Positions 37,722 to 47,373 of a stretch of 64,000 nucleotides of DNA are shown in pieces (position 1 is the first letter of the stretch; every line of letters begins with the position of its first letter). The notes beneath the pieces are model-generated. The model made no database searches. It saw only the letters and a program-made list of their open reading frames with translations, and was not told the DNA's origin. The DNA is taken from positions 1 through 64,000 of the forward strand of contig JAYWEM010000084.1 of the NCBI GenBank assembly GCA_043779265.1, written 5' to 3'. Made by a program: the position numbers and the translations under genes. This DNA is from a bacterium (GTDB taxonomy: Bacteria; Eisenbacteria; RBG-16-71-46).

Positions 37722-39536
37722 TTGGAGCACAGGCTGGAAGGCATCGGCGACTGGCGGCGCAGTCACACGTGTGGCGCGCTCGTGGCGACGGACTCGGAGA
37801 AGACGGCCACGCTCATGGGCTGGGTGCATCGCTCGCGCGATCACGGCGGCGTGCTGTTCGTGGACCTGCGTGATCGGTACGGGCTGACTCAAGTCGTGTT
37901 CCGGCCGGAGTCCGGTGGGGCGGAGTTGCTCGACCGCGCCGCCCACCTGGGCAACGAATTCGTGATCGCTGTTCGCGGCGTGGTGGCCAAGCGTCCCGCC
38001 GAGGCGATCAACCGCGACATCGCGACCGGCGAGATCGAGCTCGAGGCGCGTGAACTCAAAGTGCTTTCGGCCTGTGATCCGCTCCCGTTCCAGGTCAACG
38101 AGGAGCACATGCTCGCGAGCGAGGATCTGCGCCTCAAGTATCGCTACCTCGACCTGCGGCGCTCCGAGATCTCGAACATGCTCGTGCTGCGCCACCATGC
38201 GGCGATGGCAGCGCGGAACTTCCTCAGCGGGCAGAGCTTCCTCGAGATCGAGACGCCGCTGTTGGTCAAGACGACGCCCGAGGGCGCTCGCGATTACGTC
38301 GTGCCCAGCCGCGTGCACCATGGCCGCTACTACGCGCTGCCGCAGAGCCCACAGCTCTACAAGCAGACCCTCATGGTCGCGGGCGCCGATCGCTACTTCC
38401 AGCTGGCGCGCTGCCTCCGCGACGAGGACCTGCGCGCCGACCGACAGCCCGAACACACGCAGATCGACCTCGAGATGAGCTTCGTCACCGAGGACGACGT
38501 ATTCGATACGGTCGAGGGTCTGTTCGCGTCGCTGTGGAAGGAGTGCCTTGGCATCACCCTGCCGACTCCCTTCCCGCGCATCACCTATGACGAGGCGATG
38601 CGCACTTACGGTTCCGACAAGCCCGATCTCCGCTTCGCGCTCACGTTCACCGATGTCACCGAGCTGAGTGCGCAGTCCCCGCGCAATGTCATCGCCAATG
38701 GCGCCAAGGCGCCGGGCGGGACCGCGGTGGCGATTCGCATCCCCGGAGGCGCCGGGATCTCGGGGACCCAGCTGCGCAAGTACGAGGACGTCGTCAAGGC
38801 GGCGGGCGCCGGCGGACTCACGTTCTTCAAAGTGCTGGCCTCCGATCGCGAGAAGCAGCAGGTGATCTTCCCCGGCGACCTGCTCGATCGCTTCCTCGCG
38901 CAGGTCGGCGCAGTCGAAGGCGATGCCGTTGTGTTCACGAATGGTCCCTGGGAGCGCACCTGCAAGGCGCTCGGTGTGCTGCGCTCGCACCTGGGCCAGG
39001 CCGAACTCGAGAAGCGCGGGCTGCTCGGTCGCACGGGCAGCGAGCAGGACTGGCAGTTCCTGTGGGTCCGGCAGTTCCCACTCTTCGAGTACAACGAGGA
39101 TGCGAAACGCTGGGAGCCCAAGCATCACATGTTCACCATGCCCAATCCCGAGCACCTCGACCTGCTCGAGAGCGATCCGGGCCGCGTCATCGCCCAGCTC
39201 TACGACGTCGTGCTGAATGGCAACGAGCTCGGGTCGGGCTCGGTGCGCATCCATCGGCCCGACATCCAGGAGCGCGTGATGAAGGTGATCGGGCTGTCCC
39301 AGGAGCAGGCGCACGAGAAGTTCGGTTTCCTGCTCGAGGCCTACCGATTCGCCTCGCCTCCGCATGCGGGCATCGGCATCGGACTCGACCGTGTCATCAT
39401 GCTGATGGGTGGTCGCGACTCGATTCGCGACGTGATCGCGTTCCCGAAGACCGCCTCGGCGACCAATCTGATGGACGGCTCCCCGAGTGAGCCGGATCCC
39501 GACCAGTTGAAGGAGCTGGGTATCCGGCACGTGTAG
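37722..39536 (+). CDS. aspS: Aspartate--tRNA ligase (DHGG suggests a non-discriminating Asp/Asn type)
   Basis: RSHTCG, RLKYRYLDLR, TPEGARD, LPQSPQ and IRDVIAFPKT motifs. TTG start after AGGAG. Confidence 0.96.
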   Translation: MEHRLEGIGDWRRSHTCGALVATDSEKTATLMGWVHRSRDHGGVLFVDLRDRYGLTQVVFRPESGGAELLDRAAHLGNEFVIAVRGVVAKRPAEAINRDIATGEIELEARELKVLSACDPLPFQVNEEHMLASEDLRLKYRYLDLRRSEISNMLVLRHHAAMAARNFLSGQSFLEIETPLLVKTTPEGARDYVVPSRVHHGRYYALPQSPQLYKQTLMVAGADRYFQLARCLRDEDLRADRQPEHTQIDLEMSFVTEDDVFDTVEGLFASLWKECLGITLPTPFPRITYDEAMRTYGSDKPDLRFALTFTDVTELSAQSPRNVIANGAKAPGGTAVAIRIPGGAGISGTQLRKYEDVVKAAGAGGLTFFKVLASDREKQQVIFPGDLLDRFLAQVGAVEGDAVVFTNGPWERTCKALGVLRSHLGQAELEKRGLLGRTGSEQDWQFLWVRQFPLFEYNEDAKRWEPKHHMFTMPNPEHLDLLESDPGRVIAQLYDVVLNGNELGSGSVRIHRPDIQERVMKVIGLSQEQAHEKFGFLLEAYRFASPPHAGIGIGLDRVIMLMGGRDSIRDVIAFPKTASATNLMDGSPSEPDPDQLKELGIRHV

Positions 39537-39580
39537 CGAGATGGGGCTTTGAGATCGACTGCCCCGGAAGGAGTGCTCGC

Positions 39581-40678
39581 GTGATCAAGTTCATGTTGTT
39601 CATCGATGGCACCTGGCTCTATTCGAACACGCCGCGCCTGGTGGAGGCATCACGTGAGCCGAGCTTCGTGCTCGACTTCGGCAAGCTGCCCCAGGTTCTG
39701 GCCGCCGAAGTGGCCCAGCAACTCGGCCACACCGAGTACACCGTCGTGCGCACGCACCTGTTCGGGAGTTACGCCGACCATGCCGATGCGCGTGACAAGG
39801 AACCGATCCAGCGTCGACTCCACTTCTTCGCGATGCTCCGACAGCAGCATCACTACGAGGTCGAGGCCTTCCCGATCGATTTCCGGAACAAGCGGCTGCG
39901 CAAGTCGGACCGCGATCCCGCGGACACGTTCGAGCCCAAGGAGAAGTGCGTCGACATCGCGCTCGCGACCTCGATGCTGTTCAGTGCGGCGATGCCCAAT
40001 GCGTACGACGTCGCCATCGCGGTGCTGGGCGATCAGGACTTCAAACCCGTGCTGCAGAGTGTCCGCCGCCTCGGCAAACGAGTCGCCATCGCCAGTATCC
40101 ACGGCGCGTGCTCGGGCGAGTACACGGACCCGGCTGACAAGGCGCGGGTGCGCGATCTCGATTTGATCTGGCTCGAGGATCTGCTGCCCCGCCTCTCCAG
40201 GCGCTATGAGCCGCATCTGCTCGAATGCCTCTCGCCGATCCACGAGGGGGAGAGGCGCATGAGCACGACCTACTACCCCAAGCGTGGCGAGCGCTTCTAC
40301 TGCCCCGCGTGCCGCGACGCCTACGCCCGGCAGCGCTACGAGCGCGCTGCGTCCTCGTCGCCCGCGGTGGGTTCGGCCGGTCCGGCGGCGCCAGGCAATG
40401 GAAGCCCCGAGCCCGAGCCGCACTGGGCGCCTCCCGACACGCTGCTCTCGGGCGTGGTCAAGCACCGCCGCATGGACAAGAGCTACGGCTTCATCGAAGT
40501 GGATGGCTGCGGCGAGTGGGACGGCTCGGAGTACTTCTTCCACGAGACCGACATCAGCGACGGCACCCGCTTCATCGATCTCGCCGAGGGGACGATCGTG
40601 GAGTTCGCGGTCAAGGCCGAGGCTCCCGCCGGCAAGGCCCCACCCGCACGCGATGTTCGACGCAAGGTCGCCGTCTGA
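39581..40678 (+). CDS. NYN (LabA/DUF88, PIN-like) domain fused to a Zn-ribbon-like segment and a cold-shock domain
   Basis: FIDG, EKCVD, GDQDF..V, then C..(H)...FYCPAC, then KSYGFI...YFFHETDI. Confidence 0.85.
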   Translation: MIKFMLFIDGTWLYSNTPRLVEASREPSFVLDFGKLPQVLAAEVAQQLGHTEYTVVRTHLFGSYADHADARDKEPIQRRLHFFAMLRQQHHYEVEAFPIDFRNKRLRKSDRDPADTFEPKEKCVDIALATSMLFSAAMPNAYDVAIAVLGDQDFKPVLQSVRRLGKRVAIASIHGACSGEYTDPADKARVRDLDLIWLEDLLPRLSRRYEPHLLECLSPIHEGERRMSTTYYPKRGERFYCPACRDAYARQRYERAASSSPAVGSAGPAAPGNGSPEPEPHWAPPDTLLSGVVKHRRMDKSYGFIEVDGCGEWDGSEYFFHETDISDGTRFIDLAEGTIVEFAVKAEAPAGKAPPARDVRRKVAV

Positions 40679-41439
40679 CTCGCCTCGCGATCCTGGTGCT
40701 CGCGGGCGGCCTGCTCGTGTGTTCCGTGTCGGCTGCCGCGCTCGCGATCCCGGACACGGTGCAGGTGTCCCCCGATCTCGAGGTGATCCCGCTCACCGAC
40801 GGCGTGTGGCGGCATCGTTCGTGGAACGTGCTCGGCGACGGCACGCGCTTTCCCTCGAACGGACTGCTCGTGCGAGATGGCGACGTGCTGGTGCTGATGG
40901 ACACGGCGTGGGGGGACTCGCTGACCGAGGCTCTGCTCGTCTGGGCGGACTCGGCGCTCGCCTGGCCGATCGCGCGCGCGATTGCGACGCACTCGCACGA
41001 CGATCGCGTGGGTGGAGCGGCGGCGCTCGCGCGTCGCGGCATCCCGCTGCACGTCTCGCCGGCGACGCATCGCCGCCTCAGCATCGCCGATGCCGCTCAC
41101 GCGACCATGATCCGCCGACTTCGATCCCCCGGCTCCACGGCGCGAGTCGGCTCGCTGGAAGTTTTCGCCATGGGCGCGGCGCACGCGCCCGACAACATCG
41201 CGGTCTGGCTTCCGGGTCCTCGTGTCCTCTTCGGCGGCTGCGCTGTCAGGGCCGCCGCCAGTCGCTCGCTCGGGAACCTCGCGGATGCCGACACACTCGC
41301 GTGGGTCGACGCGATCTTCCGTCTCTCGCAGCGCTACGGCGGTGCTCGCATCGTCGTGCCCGGTCATGGTGAGCCGGGCGGACCCGACCTGCTCGGCCAC
41401 ACGCGATCGCTCCTGCCGCGCTCGACTCACTCCCCCTGA
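40675..41439 (+). CDS. Subclass B1 metallo-beta-lactamase
   Basis: Signal peptide, PSNGL, DTAW, HSHDDRVGG, AHAPDN, FGGC, LGNL and VVPGHG. Start is CTG 40675 or GTG 40696. Confidence 0.9.
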   Translation: MTRLAILVLAGGLLVCSVSAAALAIPDTVQVSPDLEVIPLTDGVWRHRSWNVLGDGTRFPSNGLLVRDGDVLVLMDTAWGDSLTEALLVWADSALAWPIARAIATHSHDDRVGGAAALARRGIPLHVSPATHRRLSIADAAHATMIRRLRSPGSTARVGSLEVFAMGAAHAPDNIAVWLPGPRVLFGGCAVRAAASRSLGNLADADTLAWVDAIFRLSQRYGGARIVVPGHGEPGGPDLLGHTRSLLPRSTHSP

Positions 41440-41446
41440 GCCCGTC

Positions 41447-42073
41447 TCAGTCGCGATAGCCGACGATACCCTTGCCGAGCACGATGTCGCGTCGCGCGAG
41501 CCACACCCCGTCGGCATTCCGGCTCGGCGTGGAGACGCCGACGCCGCCCCGGCCACTCGAGTGCGCACGCCGCTGGGCAGGGGTGAGGCGAGGATCGTCC
41601 GTGAACACCAGATCGTCGATGTAGTACGTGCTGCGACCAGGCTCGAGGATGTGGAAGTGCACGTGCTGTGGGAGTGAGGTACCCGGGTAGCCGCCGGGGC
41701 GGATCGTGTCGAACGTGTAGCGCCCGTCGCGGTCGGTCCTCGCCCAGGCACGCAGTCGACCATGTCGCGTCGTCGTGGCACGAGCGGGCGGTGGATAGAT
41801 CCCCTTCGCGTCCGTCTGATAGGCGTAGACGATCACGCCCGCGGCCGGTCGGCCCTTGGCATCGCGCACGATGCCGTCGATGCGCATGGGTTCTCCCGGC
41901 TCCCGGCTCGGTGCGATCCGCGAGTGATGGGGGATCGAGTCCGGGATCCCCTCGAATACCGACTCGCAGCCCTCGCAGGGCCCGAGGATCCGGGCGCGCT
42001 CGGCGGCGGCGTTCGAGGCTGAAAGGGCCAGCGTCAGGCCGAGGATCAGGGCGGAGTATCGGAGGCGTCGCAT
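41447..42073 (-). CDS. Secreted intradiol ring-cleavage dioxygenase-like protein
   Basis: Signal peptide, GPCEGC, EPGEP, YQTDAKGIY, HGRLR, TIRPGGYP and PQHVH motifs. Confidence 0.85.
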   Translation of the reverse strand: MRRLRYSALILGLTLALSASNAAAERARILGPCEGCESVFEGIPDSIPHHSRIAPSREPGEPMRIDGIVRDAKGRPAAGVIVYAYQTDAKGIYPPPARATTTRHGRLRAWARTDRDGRYTFDTIRPGGYPGTSLPQHVHFHILEPGRSTYYIDDLVFTDDPRLTPAQRRAHSSGRGGVGVSTPSRNADGVWLARRDIVLGKGIVGYRD

Positions 42074-42312
42074 GCGCACAGTCTCCAGGCCGTCGTGCAT
42101 CCGTGCACGCGCTCGCGGACGAACCGGGGAGGCCGGCTCACCGATGCGTCGACCCGGGCGACCGGCGCGGGGGAGGCAAGTGACCGCCTTTGAGGATGTT
42201 GGTGGGCTCTCCTGCCGCGAACCCGAGCGACCGAGACTCCAGGGGTCGGGGCCCGTGCGCGTGGTGGTGCGGCGCCCCATGAATCGGTCGTGTCACGCTG
42301 GGAGCGATTCGC

Positions 42313-44976
42313 ATGGATGCCGAACAGAGACGACTCGACGAGGATGTCGCGCGCACCCGCAATTGGAAGCGATGGGGCCCCTACCTCTCGGAGCGGCAGT
42401 GGGGCACCGTCCGCGAGGACTACTCCGAGAACGGGGACTCGTGGAACAACTTCCCGCACGATCATGCGAGGAGCCGCGCCTATCGCTGGGGTGAGGACGG
42501 GCTACTCGGCTTCTGCGATCGCGAGGGCCGACTGAATCTGGCGCTCGGGCTGTGGAACGAACGCGACGGCCTGATCAAGGAGCGGCTGTACGGGCTCACC
42601 GGGCCGCAGGGGAATCACGGCGAGGACGTGAAGGAGGTCTACGCCTATCTGGACTCCTCGCCCACGCACAGCTACGCACGCGCCGCCTACCACTATCCGC
42701 AGGCGGAGTTCCCCTACGCGCAGCTCGTGGCCGAGAACGCCTCGCGCGATCGCGGGGCTCGCGAGTTCGAGATCGAGGACACCGGCGTGTTCGCCGACGG
42801 CCGCTGGTTCGAAGTCATCGCCGAGTACGCCAAGGCCTCGCCGGATGATCTCCTGCTCCGCGTGCGCATCACCAATCGCGGTCCCGAAGCGGCACCGCTG
42901 CACGTGCTCGGCCAGCTGTGGTTCCGAAACACGTGGAGTTGGGGCCGAACCGGGGAATCGTATCCCGAGCGGCCATCGCTCGAACGAGCCGGCGCCAGTG
43001 AGATCCGGACCGATCACGCGACCCTCGGGCGATTCCGGTTCTTCGCCGATCAGGGTCCTGGCAGCCGTGCCCCGCAGATGCTCTTCACCGAGAACGAGAC
43101 GAATGCACAGGCGCTGTTCGGTTCTCCGAACGCCTCCCCATACGTGAAGGACGCGTTTCATCGCAGGCTCATCGAGGGCGATCGTTCGGCGGTCCATCCC
43201 GAGGAGCGGGGGACGAAGGCAGCCGCTTGGCACTCGCTGCATCTCGCTCCGGGCGAGACCCAGGAGTTGCGGTTCCGGCTGACGCCCGAGGCGGAGGTGT
43301 CTGGCGATCCGTTCGGCCCGGGCTTCGACGAGGTGTTCGCCGACCGACTCCGCGAGACCGACCTGCACTACGAGCGCCACATCCCCCTGTCGCTCGATGC
43401 CGAGGAGCGCCGCGTCGCGCGCGAGGGCTATGCGGGGCTGCTGTGGAGCAAGCAGTTCTACTTCTACGTCGTGAAGGAGTGGCTGGAGGGCGACCCGGCA
43501 CAGCCGCAGCCGCCGGAATCACGGCGATCCGGACGCAATCGCGAGTGGTCGCACCTGCACGCGCGCGATGTGCTGTCGATGCCCGATGCCTGGGAGTATC
43601 CGTGGTTCGCCGCGTGGGATCTGGCGTTCCACATGCTGCCGTTCGCGCGGATCGACGTGGACTTCGCCAAGCACCAGCTGCAGTTGTTCCTCCGAGAGTG
43701 GTACATGCATCCGAACGGACAGGCGCCCGCCTACGAGTGGCACTTGGGCGACGTCAACCCGCCGGTGCATGCCTGGGCGGCGTGGCGCGTGTACAAGCAC
43801 ACGGGTGTGAAGGGCAAGCGCGACCGGCTGTTCCTGCGGCGCATCTTCCAGAAGTTGCTGTTGGACTTCACGTGGTGGGTGAATCGCAAGGACCTCGAGG
43901 GCAACAACCTGTTCGCGGGCGGCTTCCTCGGCCTCGACAACATCGGTGTGTTCGACCGCAGCAAGCCGCTCCCCGGGGGTCGGCTCGAACAAGCCGATGG
44001 CACGGCATGGATGGCGTTCTACTGCGGCACCATGCTCTCGATCGCACTCGAGCTCGCCGCGGAGGACCCGGCATACGAGGATCTGGCGAGCAAGTTCTTC
44101 GAGCACTTCATCTCGATCGCCGACGCGATGAACCACATGGGCGGCACCGGGCTGTGGGATGAGGAGAGCGGCTTCTACCATGACCGCCTGCACCTCGACG
44201 GCCACACGCAGCCGCTGCAACTGCGCTCGGTGGTCGGACTCCTGCCCCTGATCGCGGTCGAGGTCCTGGAGCAGGATGTCATCGACCGGCTGCCGGGATT
44301 CAAGAAGCGCATGCAGTGGTTCATCGACAATCGTCAGGATCTCTCGCAGCACATCGCCTACCTCGATGCGCGCCAGAACGGCAAGGCGCACCGGCTTCTC
44401 GCGATCCCGTCGCGCGAGCGACTCGAACGGGTTCTGCGCGTGATGCTCGACGAGAACGAGTTCCTTTCGCCACACGGCATCCGCTCCATGTCGCGCGCCC
44501 ACCTGGAGCACCCGTTCGAGTTCGTGCTCGGCGACCAGACGCACAGCGTCCGCTACACTCCGGGCGAGAGCGACAATGGGTTGTTCGGCGGAAACTCCAA
44601 CTGGCGTGGTCCCGTATGGTTCCCGGTCAACTACCTGCTCATCGAGGCGCTGGAGCGCTACCATCACTTCTACGGCGACACGCTGAAGGTCGAGTGTCCG
44701 ACCGGATCGGGTCAGTGGATGGATCTGCGCGAGGTGTCCAACGAACTCTCGCGCCGACTGGTGCAGCTGTTCGTGCCGGGCAAGGACGGGCGCAGGCCGT
44801 TCCAGTCCTACGAGGCGCTGGCCGGGCATCCGGCGAGCGCGGATCTGCTCCAGTTCCACGAGTACTTCGATGGGGACACGGGGCGCGGTTGCGGCGCAAG
44901 TCATCAGACGGGCTGGACGGCACTCGTCACGCGCTGTCTCGAGAAGCTCGCGGAGTCGCGCGACCGAGCCGCCTGA
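42313..44976 (+). CDS. GH63/MGH1-like glycoside hydrolase
   Basis: WGPYLSERQWGTVREDYS, WEYPWFAAWDLAFH, NSNWRGPVW and GASHQTGWT motifs. Confidence 0.92.
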   Translation: MDAEQRRLDEDVARTRNWKRWGPYLSERQWGTVREDYSENGDSWNNFPHDHARSRAYRWGEDGLLGFCDREGRLNLALGLWNERDGLIKERLYGLTGPQGNHGEDVKEVYAYLDSSPTHSYARAAYHYPQAEFPYAQLVAENASRDRGAREFEIEDTGVFADGRWFEVIAEYAKASPDDLLLRVRITNRGPEAAPLHVLGQLWFRNTWSWGRTGESYPERPSLERAGASEIRTDHATLGRFRFFADQGPGSRAPQMLFTENETNAQALFGSPNASPYVKDAFHRRLIEGDRSAVHPEERGTKAAAWHSLHLAPGETQELRFRLTPEAEVSGDPFGPGFDEVFADRLRETDLHYERHIPLSLDAEERRVAREGYAGLLWSKQFYFYVVKEWLEGDPAQPQPPESRRSGRNREWSHLHARDVLSMPDAWEYPWFAAWDLAFHMLPFARIDVDFAKHQLQLFLREWYMHPNGQAPAYEWHLGDVNPPVHAWAAWRVYKHTGVKGKRDRLFLRRIFQKLLLDFTWWVNRKDLEGNNLFAGGFLGLDNIGVFDRSKPLPGGRLEQADGTAWMAFYCGTMLSIALELAAEDPAYEDLASKFFEHFISIADAMNHMGGTGLWDEESGFYHDRLHLDGHTQPLQLRSVVGLLPLIAVEVLEQDVIDRLPGFKKRMQWFIDNRQDLSQHIAYLDARQNGKAHRLLAIPSRERLERVLRVMLDENEFLSPHGIRSMSRAHLEHPFEFVLGDQTHSVRYTPGESDNGLFGGNSNWRGPVWFPVNYLLIEALERYHHFYGDTLKVECPTGSGQWMDLREVSNELSRRLVQLFVPGKDGRRPFQSYEALAGHPASADLLQFHEYFDGDTGRGCGASHQTGWTALVTRCLEKLAESRDRAA

Positions 44977-45902
44977 CGCTCGCAACCGTCACGGTGCTGA
45001 TGTCGCTGGCTGCAGCGGCAGATCCGGTGCAAGCCGCTTCGGTGCCGCATGCCACGCTCGACTCGCTGTTGCAGCGCCACGTGCGCGAGGAGCGCGTCGA
45101 CTATCTGACGCTGCGCGATGAGGACGGCGCGCGTCTCGATGCCCACTTGAGCCGTCTGGCCGCCGTCGATGCGGCGTCGCTCGGTGCGGCCGAGCGGCTG
45201 GCGTTCGAGATCGATCTCTACAATGCCACCATGCTGCGGGCGGTGTGCGATCGCTACCGCGAGGGCTGGACCCCGGCAGCCGACGACTTCGCCGTGTTCA
45301 AGGCGCCACTCGTGCGACTGCGGACGGGAGTGATCTCGCTCGATGACCTCGAGCATCGTGTCATCCGGCCGAGGGTCAAGGACGCTCGCGTCCACGTGGC
45401 GCTCGTCTGCGCGGCGAGGTCCTGTCCGCCGATCCAGCCGCGTGCGTGGGTCGGCGTCGACCTCGAGAGCCAACTCGATCGGAGGATGCGCGCATTCGTC
45501 ACGGACACGTTGCGCAACCGCATCGACCGCTCCGCCGGCCGACTCCGCCTCTCGAGACTCTTCGAGTGGTTCGCCGAGGACTTCGGAGGCGCGAGCGCGG
45601 TGGCCGATTACGTCAGTCGGTGGACGGAGCGCACGGTCGACGCCCTTCAGGTCTCGTTCCTCGACTACGACTGGTCACTCAATCTGGCGCGCCCACGAGC
45701 CGGCCTGTGGCGCACTGTGGCCGCACAGCAGGCGGCGGTCCATCCCGGCGCCAGCGGTGCGCCGGGACCGCGGAGCCTTTCGCGCGGGGAGGTCGTGCGA
45801 GAACTGGGCCTCCGAGGTGCGCGCGTTCGGGTCGTGCTTCCGGGCGGGGGCGAGGGCTGGATCGAGCGCACCGCACTCCGGCCCTGGCGCGCGCCGCGCT
45901 GA
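44973..45902 (+). CDS. DUF547 domain protein with a C-terminal SH3-like domain
   Basis: VDY, LYNA, DARVHVALVCAARSCP, LSRLFEWFAEDF, YDWSLN, then GEGWI. Probable CTG start overlapping the upstream stop. Confidence 0.82.
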   Translation: MTLATVTVLMSLAAAADPVQAASVPHATLDSLLQRHVREERVDYLTLRDEDGARLDAHLSRLAAVDAASLGAAERLAFEIDLYNATMLRAVCDRYREGWTPAADDFAVFKAPLVRLRTGVISLDDLEHRVIRPRVKDARVHVALVCAARSCPPIQPRAWVGVDLESQLDRRMRAFVTDTLRNRIDRSAGRLRLSRLFEWFAEDFGGASAVADYVSRWTERTVDALQVSFLDYDWSLNLARPRAGLWRTVAAQQAAVHPGASGAPGPRSLSRGEVVRELGLRGARVRVVLPGGGEGWIERTALRPWRAPR

Positions 45903-45916
45903 GGGACCGCGTTCGT

Positions 45917-45965
45917 CACTTGGCGACACAAAGTGCTTGACGGGGCTTCACGACAGGCGGACTCT
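45917..45965 (+). promoter_or_regulatory. Operator palindrome abutting a sigma70-type promoter
   Basis: CACTT-N9-AAGTG (45917-45935), TTGACG (45937), 17 bp spacer, GACTCT (45960). The ATG lies 6 nt later, so the mRNA may be leaderless. Confidence 0.5.
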
Positions 45966-45971
45966 CGGTCC

Positions 45972-46580
45972 ATGTCCGATCCAACGGCTCGCGATCCGAG
46001 GCCCCCCATCCCGCTGCACGCTCACGCCGCGGATGACCTGCGCTACATCCGCTCGACACTCGAGCGTGCGACCGCCTTCACCAGCATCTCCGGTTGGGGC
46101 GAGGTCGCCGTCGGACTCACGGCCCTCGGTGCGGCGGCCTTCACCTGGCGGCTCGCGGATCCCGATCGCTGGCTCGTCGCGTGGTTGTTCGAGGCGAGCA
46201 TCGCGATGGCTTTGAGCGTCGGCGCCGCTGCACTCAAGGCGCAGCGACTGCGCGTCGCACTCTTCGGCGTCGCCGGCCAGCGATTCGCGTTGGCATTCGC
46301 GGCGCCGGCGGTGACCGGAGCCGTGCTCACGGTCGCGCTGGTGCGAAGCGGACAGTTCTCGCTCCTGCCCGGCATGTGGCTCCTGACTTACGGCGCAGCG
46401 GTCGCCAGCGGCGGGGCGTTTTCCGTCCGTCCGGTGCCGTTGTTGGGAGCGGTGTGCATCGCGTGTGGCATCGGCGCGGTCGCCACGCCCGCCGCCTGGA
46501 GCACCGCCTGGCTCGCCGCCGGCTTCGGACTGGCGCACGTCGGGTTCGGCTGGTGGATCGCGCGGAGGCACGGTGGCTGA
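45972..46580 (+). CDS. Membrane protein
   Basis: AADDLRYIRSTLER followed by about six TM helices and GFGLAHVGFG. Confidence 0.8.
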   Translation: MSDPTARDPRPPIPLHAHAADDLRYIRSTLERATAFTSISGWGEVAVGLTALGAAAFTWRLADPDRWLVAWLFEASIAMALSVGAAALKAQRLRVALFGVAGQRFALAFAAPAVTGAVLTVALVRSGQFSLLPGMWLLTYGAAVASGGAFSVRPVPLLGAVCIACGIGAVATPAAWSTAWLAAGFGLAHVGFGWWIARRHGG

Positions 46581-46926
46581 CGCGGCGAGGCGGACGAGGC
46601 GAGCGAGCGAACCTCGAATCGAACAGACGGCGCAGAGCCTCGATCGCATCATCCATGAGCGAGCGCGTCTGGCGCTGGTGAGCGCCCTCGCCGTGCACGC
46701 AAGGCTCACGCACAACGAACTGAAGAGCCTCCTGAGCCTGACCGACGGCAACCTCAGCGTTCACGCGCGACGGCTGGAGGAGGCGGGCTACGTCACCTGC
46801 CACAAGTCCTTCGAGGGGCGCCTCCCGCGCACCGAGTACACGCTGACCGGTCCGGGTCGTCGCGCGCTCGATCGCTACCTCGCCCACATGGAGGCCCTCA
46901 TCCGAGCCACGAGGGAGCGGGCATGA
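46573..46926 (+). CDS. Winged-helix transcriptional regulator (ArsR/MarR-like)
   Basis: LDRIIHERARL, LTDGNLSVHARRLEEAGYV and PRTEYTLT. Confidence 0.9.
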   Translation: MADAARRTRRASEPRIEQTAQSLDRIIHERARLALVSALAVHARLTHNELKSLLSLTDGNLSVHARRLEEAGYVTCHKSFEGRLPRTEYTLTGPGRRALDRYLAHMEALIRATRERA

Positions 46927-47373
46927 CGTCGCCCTTCAACTCCCGGGGCCCGAGGCCGATACCTCGGGCGCAGGTTCGATCCGATCGCCGAGTCCAGCCC
47001 CCTTCGAGGAGAGCCGACGATGCATGAACGACGCAAACCGACGCGTGTCGCTCGACCGCGCCGCACGCGGCATGGAAACCCCAACGAGAGCGATCGTTCC
47101 TCCCCGAGGCCGATGCATGTCCCGATCGAGGACCGAGTCGAGGTCGCGGTTCTGGGTGCGCTCAGCCGACTTGCACGGCGCCTCGGCGCGTCGCCCTTCT
47201 CCGTCGCGCGCTGATCCTCCGCGACGCATTCGGCCACCCGAGCGGCTACAACTGACTCCCGCGATTCGGCGTAGTAGGGTGTGAATCCGCCTCCAGGAGT
47301 CCCCCAGCCGTGCCACGCCGGAAGTTCCGGAGGCCGAGGGGGCCGCACTCCGGAGCGCTGAAGGAGCACACCC

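Noticed and set aside
42074..42312. Intergenic region between divergent genes as a possible ncRNA
   Set aside because: Only generic GC-rich pairing, with no recognisable motif.
46927..47373. Possible riboswitch or small ORF (47020-47214) upstream of the cytochrome c gene
   Set aside because: I could not match a known riboswitch consensus in the right order, and the ORF has no recognisable features. An Rfam/Infernal scan would decide.
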